A stretch of DNA of 19,366 nucleotides. Source: Eledone cirrhosa (lineage: Eukaryota). Positions 1 through 13,662 of the stretch are shown one piece after another (position 1 is the stretch's first letter; the number at the start of each line of letters is the position of its first letter). A program made the translations under genes and the position numbers. Location of the stretch: positions 1-19,366 of the forward strand of contig CAXHJY010000632.1 in assembly GCA_964016885.1 (NCBI GenBank), read 5' to 3'. The notes under the pieces are model-generated. The model was not told where the DNA came from and did no database searches. It saw only the letters and a list, made by a program, of their open reading frames with translations.

Positions 1-1
1 A

Positions 2-181
2 AATAACGATATTGTTTTGTCCATCGCCAGAGAACGTCTTCATGAACTAAAGTATCATCTTCCTGTTTTGCTTCGGTTGCAACGTTTCTCAGAAACATTT
101 ACTTCTGCGGCCACAGATTTTTTTTCAATTTCAGAAGATTCCATTAAGGGTGAAAGCAGGGCTTCGTTGCTTAAACTTTAA
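2..181 (+). CDS. Possible coding exon fragment truncated by the window edge (product unknown, strand uncertain)
   Basis: Complex sequence with 59 open codons (NNDIVLSIARERLHELKYHLPVLLRLQRFSETFTSAATDFFSISEDSIKGESRASLLKL*), TAA at 179-181. An alternative minus-strand frame starts at ATG 98-96 and runs off the edge (MFLRNVATEAKQEDDTLVHEDVLWRWTKQYRY...). No recognisable motif in either. Confidence 0.2.
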   Translation, partial: NNDIVLSIARERLHELKYHLPVLLRLQRFSETFTSAATDFFSISEDSIKGESRASLLKL

Positions 182-197
182 TCTGTTCTTATAATAC

Positions 198-237
<40 letters not shown>
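198..237. repeat. (AT)n(GT)n compound microsatellite
   Basis: Read directly from the sequence. Confidence 0.95.
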
Positions 238-665
238 TCTTCTGGCTTTATAATTAACAAATGTTTGCCAATAGAGAGAGAGTCGGTTTCTAACATAGAC
301 ACTAGACTCTCTCATTGGAATTTACATCAACTAGGTAGATATGTATGCATGTGTGTGCAGGTATGGATGTTATTGTATATGTGGATGTGTATTTTTTGAG
401 TTGTTTGTGTGCATGTGCAAATGTTTTGTATCTATACAAGTGTATATGTTATTAGAAGCAGAATTTTTGGAATGTTTTACATATTTTTATTGTTCCATTA
501 ATGGATTGTACTTGTATTTTCCTAACTATGTATGTATAAATATATGTATGTATGTATGTATGTAAATAACAGACTATATACACTCGTACCCCACCCCTCA
601 ATATTGTTTTCAGTTCTTTACATTTTTTACTCTATTTTTCTATATCAAGTTTTTTACACATTCTA

Positions 666-701
666 CCTTCTGATGAATGTCTTGTGGCCGAAATGTTATG
701 G
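666..701 (+). ncRNA. Degenerate minimal hammerhead ribozyme motif (PLE-type relic)
   Basis: CCTT-CTGATGA(670-676)-at-GTC ttgt GGC-c-GAAA(690-693)-tg-TT-ATGG. The core boxes are exact. Stem II is 3 bp, and stem I CCTT/ATGG has one mismatch. GAAATGTT is one CpG transition away from the palindromic GAAACGTT. Confidence 0.45.
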
Positions 702-802
702 CTCTTTTCCTACTATATCAAGCGTTAAGCTGATATATTTCTTCATTGTACTGAGACGTATGCTTTATTATTGGTGTTTATATTGTTTATATTTGTAAGA
801 AT

Positions 803-1134
803 GTATGTATGCATTTGTGTATGAGAGTATGCATGTATATACCCCCCCACATATATATACATATATTAATATATGTATATATCTATACGTATGTATGTAC
901 AAATGTATGTATGCATGCATTTATTATGTATATATGATATATATATATATATATGTATGCATGTATTTATGTATGTATGTATTTATGTATGTATATATTT
1001 ATATATGTATTTATTTATGTATGTATATATATATATATATGTATGTGTATATATATATGCGTGTAATTATGTATATATATATAAAGTATGTATACGTATA
1101 TTTATGTATATATATATATGTGTATGCGTATATT

Positions 1135-1179
<45 letters not shown>

Positions 1180-1226
1180 ATGCGTGTTTATATGTACATA
1201 TATATAAGTATGTATGCGTGCATTTA

Positions 1227-1311
<85 letters not shown>

Positions 1312-1331
1312 ACTCACACACACACACACAA
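803..1331. repeat. Degenerate (TA)n/(TATG)n/(CA)n microsatellite array
   Basis: Read directly. Includes a pure (TA)n run at about 1239-1308. Confidence 0.95.
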
Positions 1332-1554
1332 ATGCATGTCTTTATGTGTCTATATAATACTTATCGCTAAATATTTGATGAATATTTGTTGTTTAACTTA
1401 TTACTCCTTACTGATTTGCAATATCCGGTTATGGCGGCATTGTCGTATTTCCTTTATATTTATGTATGTTTTCATGCGGCGCCCAGTACTTACTTCTATA
1501 GTTGGAGATGCGGCTGTTTACATAGTACTTACTGTACTCGGTGTTATCCTTATT

Positions 1555-1630
1555 GGTGATAGTGGTGGTTGTGGTGTTGGCGATGGTGGTTGTGGTGGTG
1601 GTGGTGGTGGTGCTGATGATGGTCGTGGTG
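1555..1630. repeat. Degenerate (GGT)n trinucleotide repeat
   Basis: ggtgatagtggtggttgtggtgttggcgatggtggttgtggtggtggtggtggtgctgatgatggtcgtggtg. Confidence 0.9.
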
Positions 1631-1644
1631 TCTTAAAGCATGCT

Positions 1645-1665
1645 TACACACACACACACACAAAT

Positions 1666-1713
<48 letters not shown>

Positions 1714-2127
1714 GTATATATATATATATATATAAGTATACATATATATTTATATATATGTATATATATATATATATATATGAGTATACATATATATATA
1801 TATATGTATATAAACACGTATATATATATATGTATGTATATAAACACACACATATATATATATATTGTATATAAACACACACACATATAGATATATGTAT
1901 ATACATACATATATATATACGTATATATACATATAAATATATGCATACATACACACATGTATATTTATATACACATATATATATACGTATATATATATAC
2001 GTATATATACATATAAATATATGCATACATACAAACATATGTTTGTATACATACACATATATATATACCTATATATATAGATGCATACATACACACATGT
2101 GTATATATATGCATGCGTTTGTGTGTG
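1645..2127. repeat. (TA)n/(CATA)n/(CA)n array with an internal 42-bp duplication (1911-1952 = 1991-2032)
   Basis: Read directly from the sequence. Confidence 0.9.
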
Positions 2128-2246
2128 AGGTGCTTTCTCGTGTAGAAAATTACGGATGATCGATAACCCAATAATTAATCAAATTGGAAGAGATATATAG
2201 ATAGATACGTACATTGATTGATGGATATATAAATAATTGAATAGAT

Positions 2247-2982
<736 letters not shown>

Positions 2983-3198
2983 ATGTGAGAAAAACCACAG
3001 ACCCTCCATCTCAACTCACCTTTTGAAAAGCAGAAGAACTGCGAAACCGGTAAAGGAACCAAATAAATATATATATTTAAAAAAAAAAATAAGACTCCAG
3101 TTGCATTTTCGATTTCATCTCTTTTTCTTTATACTTTCACTCGTGTAGGACACCTCGGTTATTTTTCATTTTGTATAAAAAACCTCACTTTCTAATAT
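2983..3198 (+). mobile_element. ~215-bp non-autonomous hammerhead-bearing element, copy A (PLE pLTR/retrozyme-like)
   Basis: Near-identical to the reverse complement of 17239-17452, with essentially the same ends (atgtgagaaaaacc ... actttctaatat). Flanked by (TA)n on both sides. Contains a hammerhead motif followed by AATAAA. Confidence 0.8.
3019..3056 (+). ncRNA. Minimal type I hammerhead ribozyme (U3-A8 core variant)
   Basis: Stem I CCTT(3019-22)/AAGG(3053-56); core TTGAAAA (3023-29); stem II GCAG-aagaa-CTGC; GAAA (3043-46); palindromic ACCGGT stem/loop III; predicted cleavage after GUA (3052). Confidence 0.7.
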
Positions 3199-3200
3199 GT

Positions 3201-3252
<52 letters not shown>

Positions 3253-3254
3253 GT

Positions 3255-3302
<48 letters not shown>

Positions 3303-3306
3303 ACAC

Positions 3307-3350
<44 letters not shown>

Positions 3351-3390
3351 GTATACATGTATATATATATGTATATATATATATATATGT

Positions 3391-3466
<76 letters not shown>

Positions 3467-3793
3467 ATATATATATATATATGTATACATGTATATGTAT
3501 ACATATATATGTATATACATATATATATGTATGTATACATTTATATACATATATGTATGTATACATTTATATATATTTATATATATATATATATATACAG
3601 ATATATGTATACATGTATATATATATATATATACATGTATATATATATATATATTCATATATATATATTCATATATATATATATATATTCATATTCATAT
3701 ATATTCTCTTTTACCTGTTTCAGCCATTTTATCTCCAGCCTGTATAGGTTGGCCACTGGTGTAAGAGGGAGTTTGTTGCTGCTGCCCTTAGGT

Positions 3794-3832
<39 letters not shown>

Positions 3833-3872
3833 TATGCATACATGTATACATATATATGTATTCATATATATG

Positions 3873-3905
<33 letters not shown>

Positions 3906-3998
3906 GTATACATATATATGTATATATGTATATATATATATATATGTATACATATATATGTATATATGTATATATATATATATGTATACATATATATG

Positions 3999-4063
<65 letters not shown>

Positions 4064-4253
4064 GTATATATATATATGTATATATATATATATTTGTATA
4101 CATATATATATGTATATTATATATTTGTATACATATATATATATGTATATTATATATTTGTATACATATATATATATGTATATTATATATTTGTATACAT
4201 ATATATATATATGTATACATATAAATGTACATATATATATATATGTATACATA

Positions 4254-4290
<37 letters not shown>

Positions 4291-4381
4291 ACATATATAT
4301 GTATATATATATTTATGTATACATATATATGTACATATATATATGTATATATATATATATATATATGTACACATATATATG

Positions 4382-4413
<32 letters not shown>

Positions 4414-4665
4414 TGTATACATACATATGTATATATATATATGTATACATACATGTATATATATATGTATATATATATATACATATACTTGTATTCATAT
4501 ATATGTGTATATATATGTATATATATATATGTATATATATATATATACATATATATGTATATATATATGTATATATATATATATATATGTATACATATAT
4601 ATGTATACATATATATGTATACATATATATGTATATATATATATGTATACATATATATGTATATG

Positions 4666-4696
<31 letters not shown>

Positions 4697-4851
4697 GTAT
4701 ACATATATATGTATACATATATATGTATACATATATATGTATACATATATATGTATATATATATATGTATATATGTATATATATATATGTGTATATATAT
4801 ATATATGTATACATATATATTTATATATGTATACATATATATGTATATAAG

Positions 4852-4886
<35 letters not shown>

Positions 4887-5117
4887 GTATACATATATAT
4901 GTATATAAGTATATATATATATATATGTATATATATATGTATACATATATATTTATATATGTATAGATATATATGTATAGATATATATTTATACATATAT
5001 ATGTATACATATATATATTTATATATGTATACATACATATATATGTATACATATATATATACATAAATATATATATATATATATGTACATATATATATAC
5101 ATACAAATATATGTATG

Positions 5118-5168
<51 letters not shown>

Positions 5169-5209
5169 GTATATATATATGTGTATATATATATGTGTAT
5201 ATATATGTA

Positions 5210-5250
<41 letters not shown>

Positions 5251-5333
5251 GTATATATATGTTTATGTATGTATATATGTATATATATATATGTATATAT
5301 TTATGTATATATATATATGTGTGTGTGTGTGTA
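3199..5333. repeat. Long (TA)n/(TATG)n/GTATACAT array interrupted by an island at 3704-3791
   Basis: Read directly. Includes four ~31-33 bp higher-order units containing TTTGTATACAT at about 4090-4205. Confidence 0.95.
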
Positions 5334-5473
5334 CTTGTCTTTTTATAAACCATAATTCCTGCTCATTTTCATTCCTGTATTACATTATTCACCTGTATTT
5401 TCTTCTCTGTCACCTTTCCTCACTACTCCCTCTCTTCCCTCCTTTTTCTCTATAACTCCACCTCCTCCCTCTC

Positions 5474-5477
<4 letters not shown>

Positions 5478-5513
<36 letters not shown>
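5478..5513. repeat. (CT)n microsatellite inside a polypyrimidine tract (~5395-5612)
   Basis: Read directly from the sequence. Confidence 0.95.
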
Positions 5514-5516
<3 letters not shown>

Positions 5517-5530
5517 GCTCTTTCTCGCTC

Positions 5531-5590
5531 TCTCTCCCTAACTTTCCCTCTCCTTCCCTAACTTTTCTTCTCCTTCCCTAACTTTTCATC
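5531..5590. repeat. 20-bp minisatellite x3 (tccttccctaacttttcNtc)
   Basis: CCCTAACTTT recurs at 5536, 5556 and 5576. Confidence 0.85.
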
Positions 5591-6280
5591 TCTCTCCCCC
5601 TCTCTCTCTCTTGTAATACACGCTCTATATTTCCATTTTGCCATGATCCCTTCTTAATCAATTATACATATATCAGGAGGGCTTTATTTCGTAGGTAAAC
5701 ATGTATTTCTTTGACATTTAATGAAACCCGAACTGGTTATTTGTTGCAGGTCTCTATATCTCATGATGTTTCGTTGATTACAAATATTGGCATAACGTCG
5801 CTGACTTATTACCAAAGGGATATACTCAAATCTGTGTCTACTTACTGTCTTTTATTTATCAACTCCCTAATGATAAATTCGAAAGATGACCAAGTTTGGC
5901 ATTTTATTTCAGGACCCAAATGGAGTTAAATAATCTATTTACAAGACGTTTATTTATATTGCTTCATCATTCCCTTCTTTCCTTGTCTGAATTAATACAT
6001 CAAGGATCTGGTATCGTCTTAAATTATTACATTACTGCATCATTCACTCATCTCACTGTCTATTTTGATACGTCAATGATGTGATATTGGTTTCAACGAC
6101 GTGTGATTAGTTCTTCTATCAAATTATTAAATTATTTATGTAAATTTTCACGAAAGAATTCAAAGAATTTTGTCGAGAAATATACACCATTACTGTCAAT
6201 CAAAATTCCAGTCCGGTATAACAATTATTTTCCTCACAGAAGAACCACATCATGAGACTATGACTGGCAATCGTCTCAGC

Positions 6281-6569
6281 GACCATATCTGTATCAGTGA
6301 GCTGCTCAACATTACCAACCTTAGACCAATTACATTAATTGTCAAGTCAAGAGTACTCAAACTATACGGTCATATAAAAGATCAACTCGTAGTGTGAGCA
6401 GATTATGGCTGGTAAGAGAAGCAGAGGACGGCAGCCAGAACGATGGCTTGACAATATCAATTTACGGACTGGACTTGATCTTTGCTCTTTGAATTCTGTT
6501 GCTGGTGATCGAACTTTGTGGAGAGAGATATCACATGTTGATGCGCAGTCTGCAAGTCGCGGAGTTTAG
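6281..6569 (+). mobile_element. 5'-truncated RTE-clade LINE, C-terminal ORF relic (frameshifted)
   Basis: DHICISELLNITNLRPITLIVKSRVLKLYGHIK, then a frameshift, then MAGKRSRGRQPERWLDNINLRTGLDLCSLNSVAGDRTLWREISHV...* (TAG 6567-69). This matches the RTE C-terminal pattern R.L..xGH / GKRxRGR...RWxDxI / AxDRxxWR. Confidence 0.85.
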
Positions 6570-6769
6570 CATCACAAAAACAAGCCCATTTGATTGGTTA
6601 CAGTGTTGTCGACCTCTTAACTATATTAAGGATGATTTAGGTAGAATTTGATCCCAGCATGAAGTGACTCATTTATAAAGAACCTCAATATATATCGTCC
6701 TAATCCTCATCGACCGTGCCATCAACCAGTATCATCTTCCCGGCAATTGTCAGACACAGAACGTGGGAG

Positions 6770-6852
6770 AACGTTCTTTGCGTTATTTGATCAAATTGTA
6801 CACACGAGGTCGATGATAATAAAGTACCAGTAACACACCGTGGTTGATATCA
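6770..6852 (+). mobile_element. Degraded SINE fragment
   Basis: gaggtcgat...aataaagtaccagtaacacaccgtggttgat is similar to the cores of the adjacent SINE copies. Confidence 0.55.
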
Positions 6853-6869
6853 TTAATTTTGCTCAATGG

Positions 6870-7054
6870 CGCTTCGTGGCATAGAGTTACGACCCTTTAC
6901 GTTCTGAGCTCAAATCCTGTCGAGGTTAGCTTTAACTTTCATCTTTACGGACAAAATAAAGTACCAGTAACGCACGGGGTCGATTTAGTCATCGACTTTC
7001 CCCCTACCCCTTCAAATTATTGGCCTTGTGCTTAAAGTAGAAACAATTATTATT
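6870..7054 (+). mobile_element. tRNA-derived SINE, 5'-truncated, with (ATT)n tail
   Basis: Box B-like gctcaaatcc, core ctttcatc...aaaataaagtaccagt...ggggtcgat, and 3' end ggccttgtgc..agtagaaacaattattatt. Aligns with the copies at 7245, 7467 and 17018. Confidence 0.85.
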
Positions 7055-7055
7055 G

Positions 7056-7235
7056 TTTTTGTTTCTTTTTTTTTTGCTCGGCTTCTAACGCTGGAGATGT
7101 ATTACAGTGTTAGGTGTTTACCACCAGTGAACTAAGGTAACTCCTTATTTTTCGAGTCCCCTCCAGAGTATTCGAGCTGTTCCAAGCAATGATGTTTTTT
7201 ATAAGTGTTCCATCCGTATTGCAATCCATATTTGT
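7056..7235 (-). mobile_element. R4/Dong-like non-LTR retrotransposon 3' end (ORF C-terminus, 3'UTR, A-rich tail)
   Basis: The minus strand reads QIWIAIRMEHL*KTSLLGTARILWRGLEK* (final stop 7147-7145), matching the R4/Dong C-terminal pattern LQKxxLLGTARILRRVL. A-rich tail at 7056-7075. Flanked by the direct repeat TTATTATTG (7047-7055, 7236-7244). Confidence 0.75.
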
Positions 7236-7244
7236 TTATTATTG

Positions 7245-7466
7245 GATTGGAAGTATCGGTAGAGCGTCGGACGCGATACTTTCAAGCATAGAGTTACGAA
7301 CCTTTATGATCTGCGTTCAAATCCCACCGAGGTTAACTTTGCCTTTCATCCATTCGGGGTCGATAAAATAAAGCACCAGTAACGTACTGGGGTCGATTTA
7401 ATCGACTTTCCCTTCCCCCAAATGACTGGCCTTGTGCCTATATGAGAAACCATTATTATTATTATT
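7245..7466 (+). mobile_element. Near full-length tRNA-derived SINE (octopus-type; central domain resembles the Meta/MESC SINE domain)
   Basis: Box A-like tggaagtatcgg, box B gttcaaatccc, core gcctttcatccattcggggtcgataaaataaagcaccagt, and an (ATT)5 tail. The family label is from recall, not a search. Confidence 0.9.
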
Positions 7467-7861
7467 GTAGAATCGGTAGAGCGTCGGACACCATGGTGTG
7501 CAGCATAGTTACAGCCCTTTATGATCTGAGTTCAAATCCAACCGAGGTTAATTTTGCCTGTCATCCTTACGGAGTCGATAAAATAAAGTACCAGTAATGT
7601 TCTGGGGAGTAATTGCTGGCCTTGTGCCAAACGTAGAAACAATTAATATTAAAGTTAACTTTGCCTTTCATCCTTACGGGATCGATAAAATAAAGTACCA
7701 GTAATGTTCTGGGGAATAATTGCTATCCTTGTGCCAAACGTAAAACAATTAATATTAAAGTTAACTTTGCCTTTCATCCTTACGGGATCGATAACAAAGT
7801 ACCAGTAATGTTCTGGGGAGTAATTGCTAGCCTTGTGCCAAACGTAGAAACAATTAATATT
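7467..7861 (+). mobile_element. SINE with its 3' half tandemly triplicated (~106-bp units: 7544-7650, 7651-7756, 7757-7861)
   Basis: Head gtagaatcggtagagcgtcggac...gttcaaatcc, then three units gttaactttgcctttcatccttacgg...gtaccagtaatgttctgggga...aaacaattaatatt. Confidence 0.9.
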
Positions 7862-8225
7862 TGGTGAGTGCCAAAGAAATCACCTAGGTGGGGATAAATG
7901 TGTTACCCTGATGTTGTTGACAAAACAAACAATTTCATGCAATACAACGTTAGGGTCCTCATAACCCCTCCACACCCTTCCACTTACTTCTCCTCAAAAC
8001 AAGGACCTGGTAAATATCAATAAGTCTACTCCTTCTACCTTTCCAATACAAAATCGATACAAAATCAATAAAGAATCATATAAATCATGGACGCTTAAGA
8101 GTTTATGCGATTCGTAAATAAAAGATGAAAGAGAAGGACAGCAGTGTCAACACAGACGACTGTGGTGCCAAAGTAGATTAGAACTATAGATATATAGACA
8201 GTTTATATACACCCACCCGATGTCT

Positions 8226-8300
8226 TATATATACATACAAACACAAACACACGCATATATATATATACACATTCATACCCACACACGCACATATATATAT

Positions 8301-8344
<44 letters not shown>

Positions 8345-8670
8345 CTACACATACATACACACAAACATACATATGTGTGTTGTGGGCGGAGGTATGAATG
8401 TGTGTGTGTGTGTATATATGTATAATGTGTGTGTGGGGGTATGAATGTATGTGTGTATATATATATATGTGTGTATTCATACATACACACACACACACAC
8501 ACACATATAACTACACATACATACACACAAACATACATATATATATATGTGTGGTGTGGGCGGAGGTATGAATGTGTGTGTGTATATATATATATATAAT
8601 GTGCGTGTGTGTGTGGGGGTGGGGGGGTATGAATGTGTGTGTGTGTGTATATATATATGTGTGTGTGCGC
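8226..8670. repeat. Compound (CA)/(TA)/(TG) array with a ~175-190 bp tandem duplication (about 8301-8474 and 8475-8666)
   Basis: The anchors ctacacatacatacacacaaacatacatat and gtgggcggaggtatgaatgtgtg each occur twice in the same order. Confidence 0.8.
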
Positions 8671-8902
8671 GTTTGATTTCAGCCATTTAACCAGAAATTG
8701 CCTTTTTCCCTGACTTTCCATCAGAAGTGAATGTAACATATCTCATTGGTCATGCATAAAACCGGATTCAAACAAAAACATAAACAAATATGGAAGACTA
8801 ACATATAAAAGGTTTTCATACATATACACTCCACCCACACAACTGCACACACATGCATATATATGTATATACACGTACATATATGAGTATGTATATAAAT
8901 GC

Positions 8903-8934
<32 letters not shown>

Positions 8935-9183
8935 AGATCAAAAGATGGTTAAAAGAGTTTCATACTCCAGTCCTACAAACTGTAGAGTGCTTCTTATCCG
9001 ATATCTGCATTGCTTTATTGTACTACAATAAAACTCACCTCCTACACTATATATATATATATATATATTTATTAAAATAACAGATTAAAGTTAATAAACA
9101 TTTGCTCTACGGTTCTTATATATTTGATATATATTTATCCTTATCGAGCCCTCTTTGGATTTTAGTCTTCAAACTTATTATTA

Positions 9184-9184
<1 letters not shown>

Positions 9185-9245
<61 letters not shown>

Positions 9246-9246
9246 A
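9185..9246. repeat. Pure (TA)n plus (TG)n microsatellite
   Basis: Read directly from the sequence. Confidence 0.95.
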
Positions 9247-9480
9247 GATAAATCTACCAAGAGTTTACGGTAGTGTCCAATCCGTATGAAGAACTCAATG
9301 TAATATGTATGTATATTAGATTTGATAGTTTGTATAATTTTGTATAATTTTGTACATAGATCTGTTGAATATACATGCCAATTCTAACACATATATGTCC
9401 TAGAAACGATCGTTAAATAATGAACTTTTTTTGTTTAATATAAGGAACTGTTTCATTGTTTTATTCATTATTTTTTCAAT

Positions 9481-9484
<4 letters not shown>

Positions 9485-9519
<35 letters not shown>

Positions 9520-9524
9520 ATATA

Positions 9525-9571
<47 letters not shown>

Positions 9572-9708
9572 ATATATATGTGTGTGTGTGTATATATATA
9601 TATGTGTGTGTGTGTATATATATGTGTGTGTGTGTATATATATGTATATATGTGTATATATATATGTATATATGTGTGTATATATGTATATATGTGTATA
9701 AATGTGTA

Positions 9709-9754
<46 letters not shown>

Positions 9755-9764
9755 CATACATACA
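9485..9764. repeat. Alternating (TA)n/(TG)n block array
   Basis: Read directly from the sequence. Confidence 0.95.
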
Positions 9765-10007
9765 GGTGTAGTATTTTCAATATTATAATCCCCATTATTA
9801 CAAGAAAAGAAATGTCAAATTACATTTTTGTTATATTGAAATATTAATTAGGTATAAAGGAAAGTATTACGTGTTTATTATAGAGTCTTTGGAATTCCAA
9901 ATAATAATCCCAAAATAGATTCATAGTATATGGAGAAATATAAAGACGTCATGAAAAGAATATTTAATTATCTTGGTAAATTGAGATTTTAATATTCAAA
10001 CCCTACA

Positions 10008-10018
10008 AATATATACGC

Positions 10019-10058
<40 letters not shown>

Positions 10059-10239
10059 GTGTGTGTGTGTGTGTATGTATATGTATGTGTGTACGTGTAT
10101 GTGTATGTGAATATGAATATGTACGTATATAAACGTGTGTGTGTGTGAACATGTACATGCTTATGTGTATATGTAAATAAGTATTTGAATATATATATAT
10201 ATATGTATACATATGCACATATATATATATGTATATATA

Positions 10240-10284
<45 letters not shown>

Positions 10285-10636
10285 GCATATATATATACTT
10301 GTATGCATATATATGTATATATACTTGTACGCATAGGAGGAGACTGAGGTTAGCTGGACATGCTCACCGACATTCAGAGTTGAAATTGCATTCAGTGCTC
10401 CTGTGAGAGCCCCTACATGGACACACTGAAAGAGGAAGACCAAGGTTAAAGTATGTTGATGCCCTAAGGATAGACACTGGTCAGTTGGAGACACAGGATG
10501 ATGGCAGCGATGATGAGGGATAGAGACCGCTGGAGAAAACTCGTCCATGGATCTCGCGAATTTTACCTGCCCTAGATAGATATTTGTACGCATATATGTA
10601 TAAATATTTATATATATACTTGTACGTATATATATA

Positions 10637-10686
<50 letters not shown>

Positions 10687-10801
10687 ATTTACGCACACAT
10701 ACATATGTATGTATATATACTTGTACGTATATATATATATATATATGTCTGCGTGTATGAGTGTGTGTGTATATACACACACACGCACACACATATATAT
10801 A
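10008..10801. repeat. (TA)n/(TG)n array hosting a LINE insertion
   Basis: Read directly. Interrupted at 10336-10583. Confidence 0.9.
10336..10583 (+). mobile_element. 5'-truncated RTE/RTE-X-type LINE 3' end with target-site duplication
   Basis: [47 protein letters not shown], then a frameshift, then [24 protein letters not shown] (TAG 10573-75). Short (TAGA)n tail. Flanked by TTGTACGCATA at 10325-10335 and 10584-10594. Confidence 0.85.
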
Positions 10802-10979
10802 ATAACCTTCTGACAATATATTGGAAAATTAAAATGGTTATATGTAGTTATATGTAACATATATCAGGAATTAGAATCACGTATTTATGCAATTAGCAAA
10901 GATTGCATATATAAGTCTGAGAATATTAAAACATGTTGATATTTGCGGAAACAAACAAGCACATATATAGACACTCAAC

Positions 10980-13110
<2,131 letters not shown>

Positions 13111-13320
13111 AGGGTTGCACACTTTTTTCGGGGGTGTGTGCGACCCCCCCAAGGCGCCTCCTCTCTATTGAGGATTTTGTTAAAAATTTTATTTTTGTTA
13201 TATCTTATTTTATTTTTATATTTTGTTATTGCCTCCTCCTTATTGAGGACGCCTTTTTGTGTAAACTCCCCCCTTTGTACTTGTCCCACTTTTGATGCCC
13301 TAGTGGCAAATAAAAGAAAT
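13111..13320 (+). mobile_element. Structured 210-bp island, probable 3'UTR end of a non-LTR retrotransposon
   Basis: Complex T-rich island ending AATAAA (13309-14) + agaaat + (AT)n, with sharp boundaries inside the array. Contains hairpins and a 19-bp direct repeat. The family is not identifiable. Confidence 0.4.
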
Positions 13321-13487
13321 ATATATATATATATGTATATGTATATATATGTATATATATATATACGTATATATATATATATATATATACGTATATATAT
13401 ATATGTATATATATACGTATATATATATATATGTATATATATATGTATATATATATGTGTATATATATGTATATGTATATATATATG

Positions 13488-13518
<31 letters not shown>

Positions 13519-13605
13519 GTATATATATGTACATATATATATATATGTACATATATATATGTACATATATATATATGTATATATATATATGTATATATAT
13601 ATATG

Positions 13606-13662
<57 letters not shown>

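Noticed and set aside
1555-1630. Gly-rich (+) or His-rich (-) peptide, or a G-quadruplex
   Set aside because: A simple (GGT)n repeat with only GG runs and no supporting exon context.
5536-5581. CCCTAA telomere-like hexamers
   Set aside because: They are spaced 20 bp apart within a minisatellite and are not tandem telomeric repeats.
5711-6280. Short ORFs of 62-75 aa in unique AT-rich sequence
   Set aside because: Alternative starts and no motifs. Only the part from 6281 onward is LINE-derived.
7245-7330. tRNA gene
   Set aside because: Only box A/B-like motifs in a SINE head. No cloverleaf can be built.
7544-7861. CRISPR-like array
   Set aside because: The units are ~106-bp SINE halves with no unique spacers, the context is eukaryotic and there are no cas genes.
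8955-9032. Small hairpins (ctaca-aac-tgtag; tttattgta-c-tacaataaa at 9014-9032)
   Set aside because: Short and AT-rich, so plausible by chance. No complete ribozyme core.
9104-9149. Minus-strand hammerhead-like relic (GCTC-gataagg...gaaccgta-GAGC)
   Set aside because: Both core boxes need indels to fit, so it is too degenerate to call.
13297-13307. Helitron 3' end (CTAG|T)
   Set aside because: No GC-rich hairpin just upstream, and the island continues past the CTAG.
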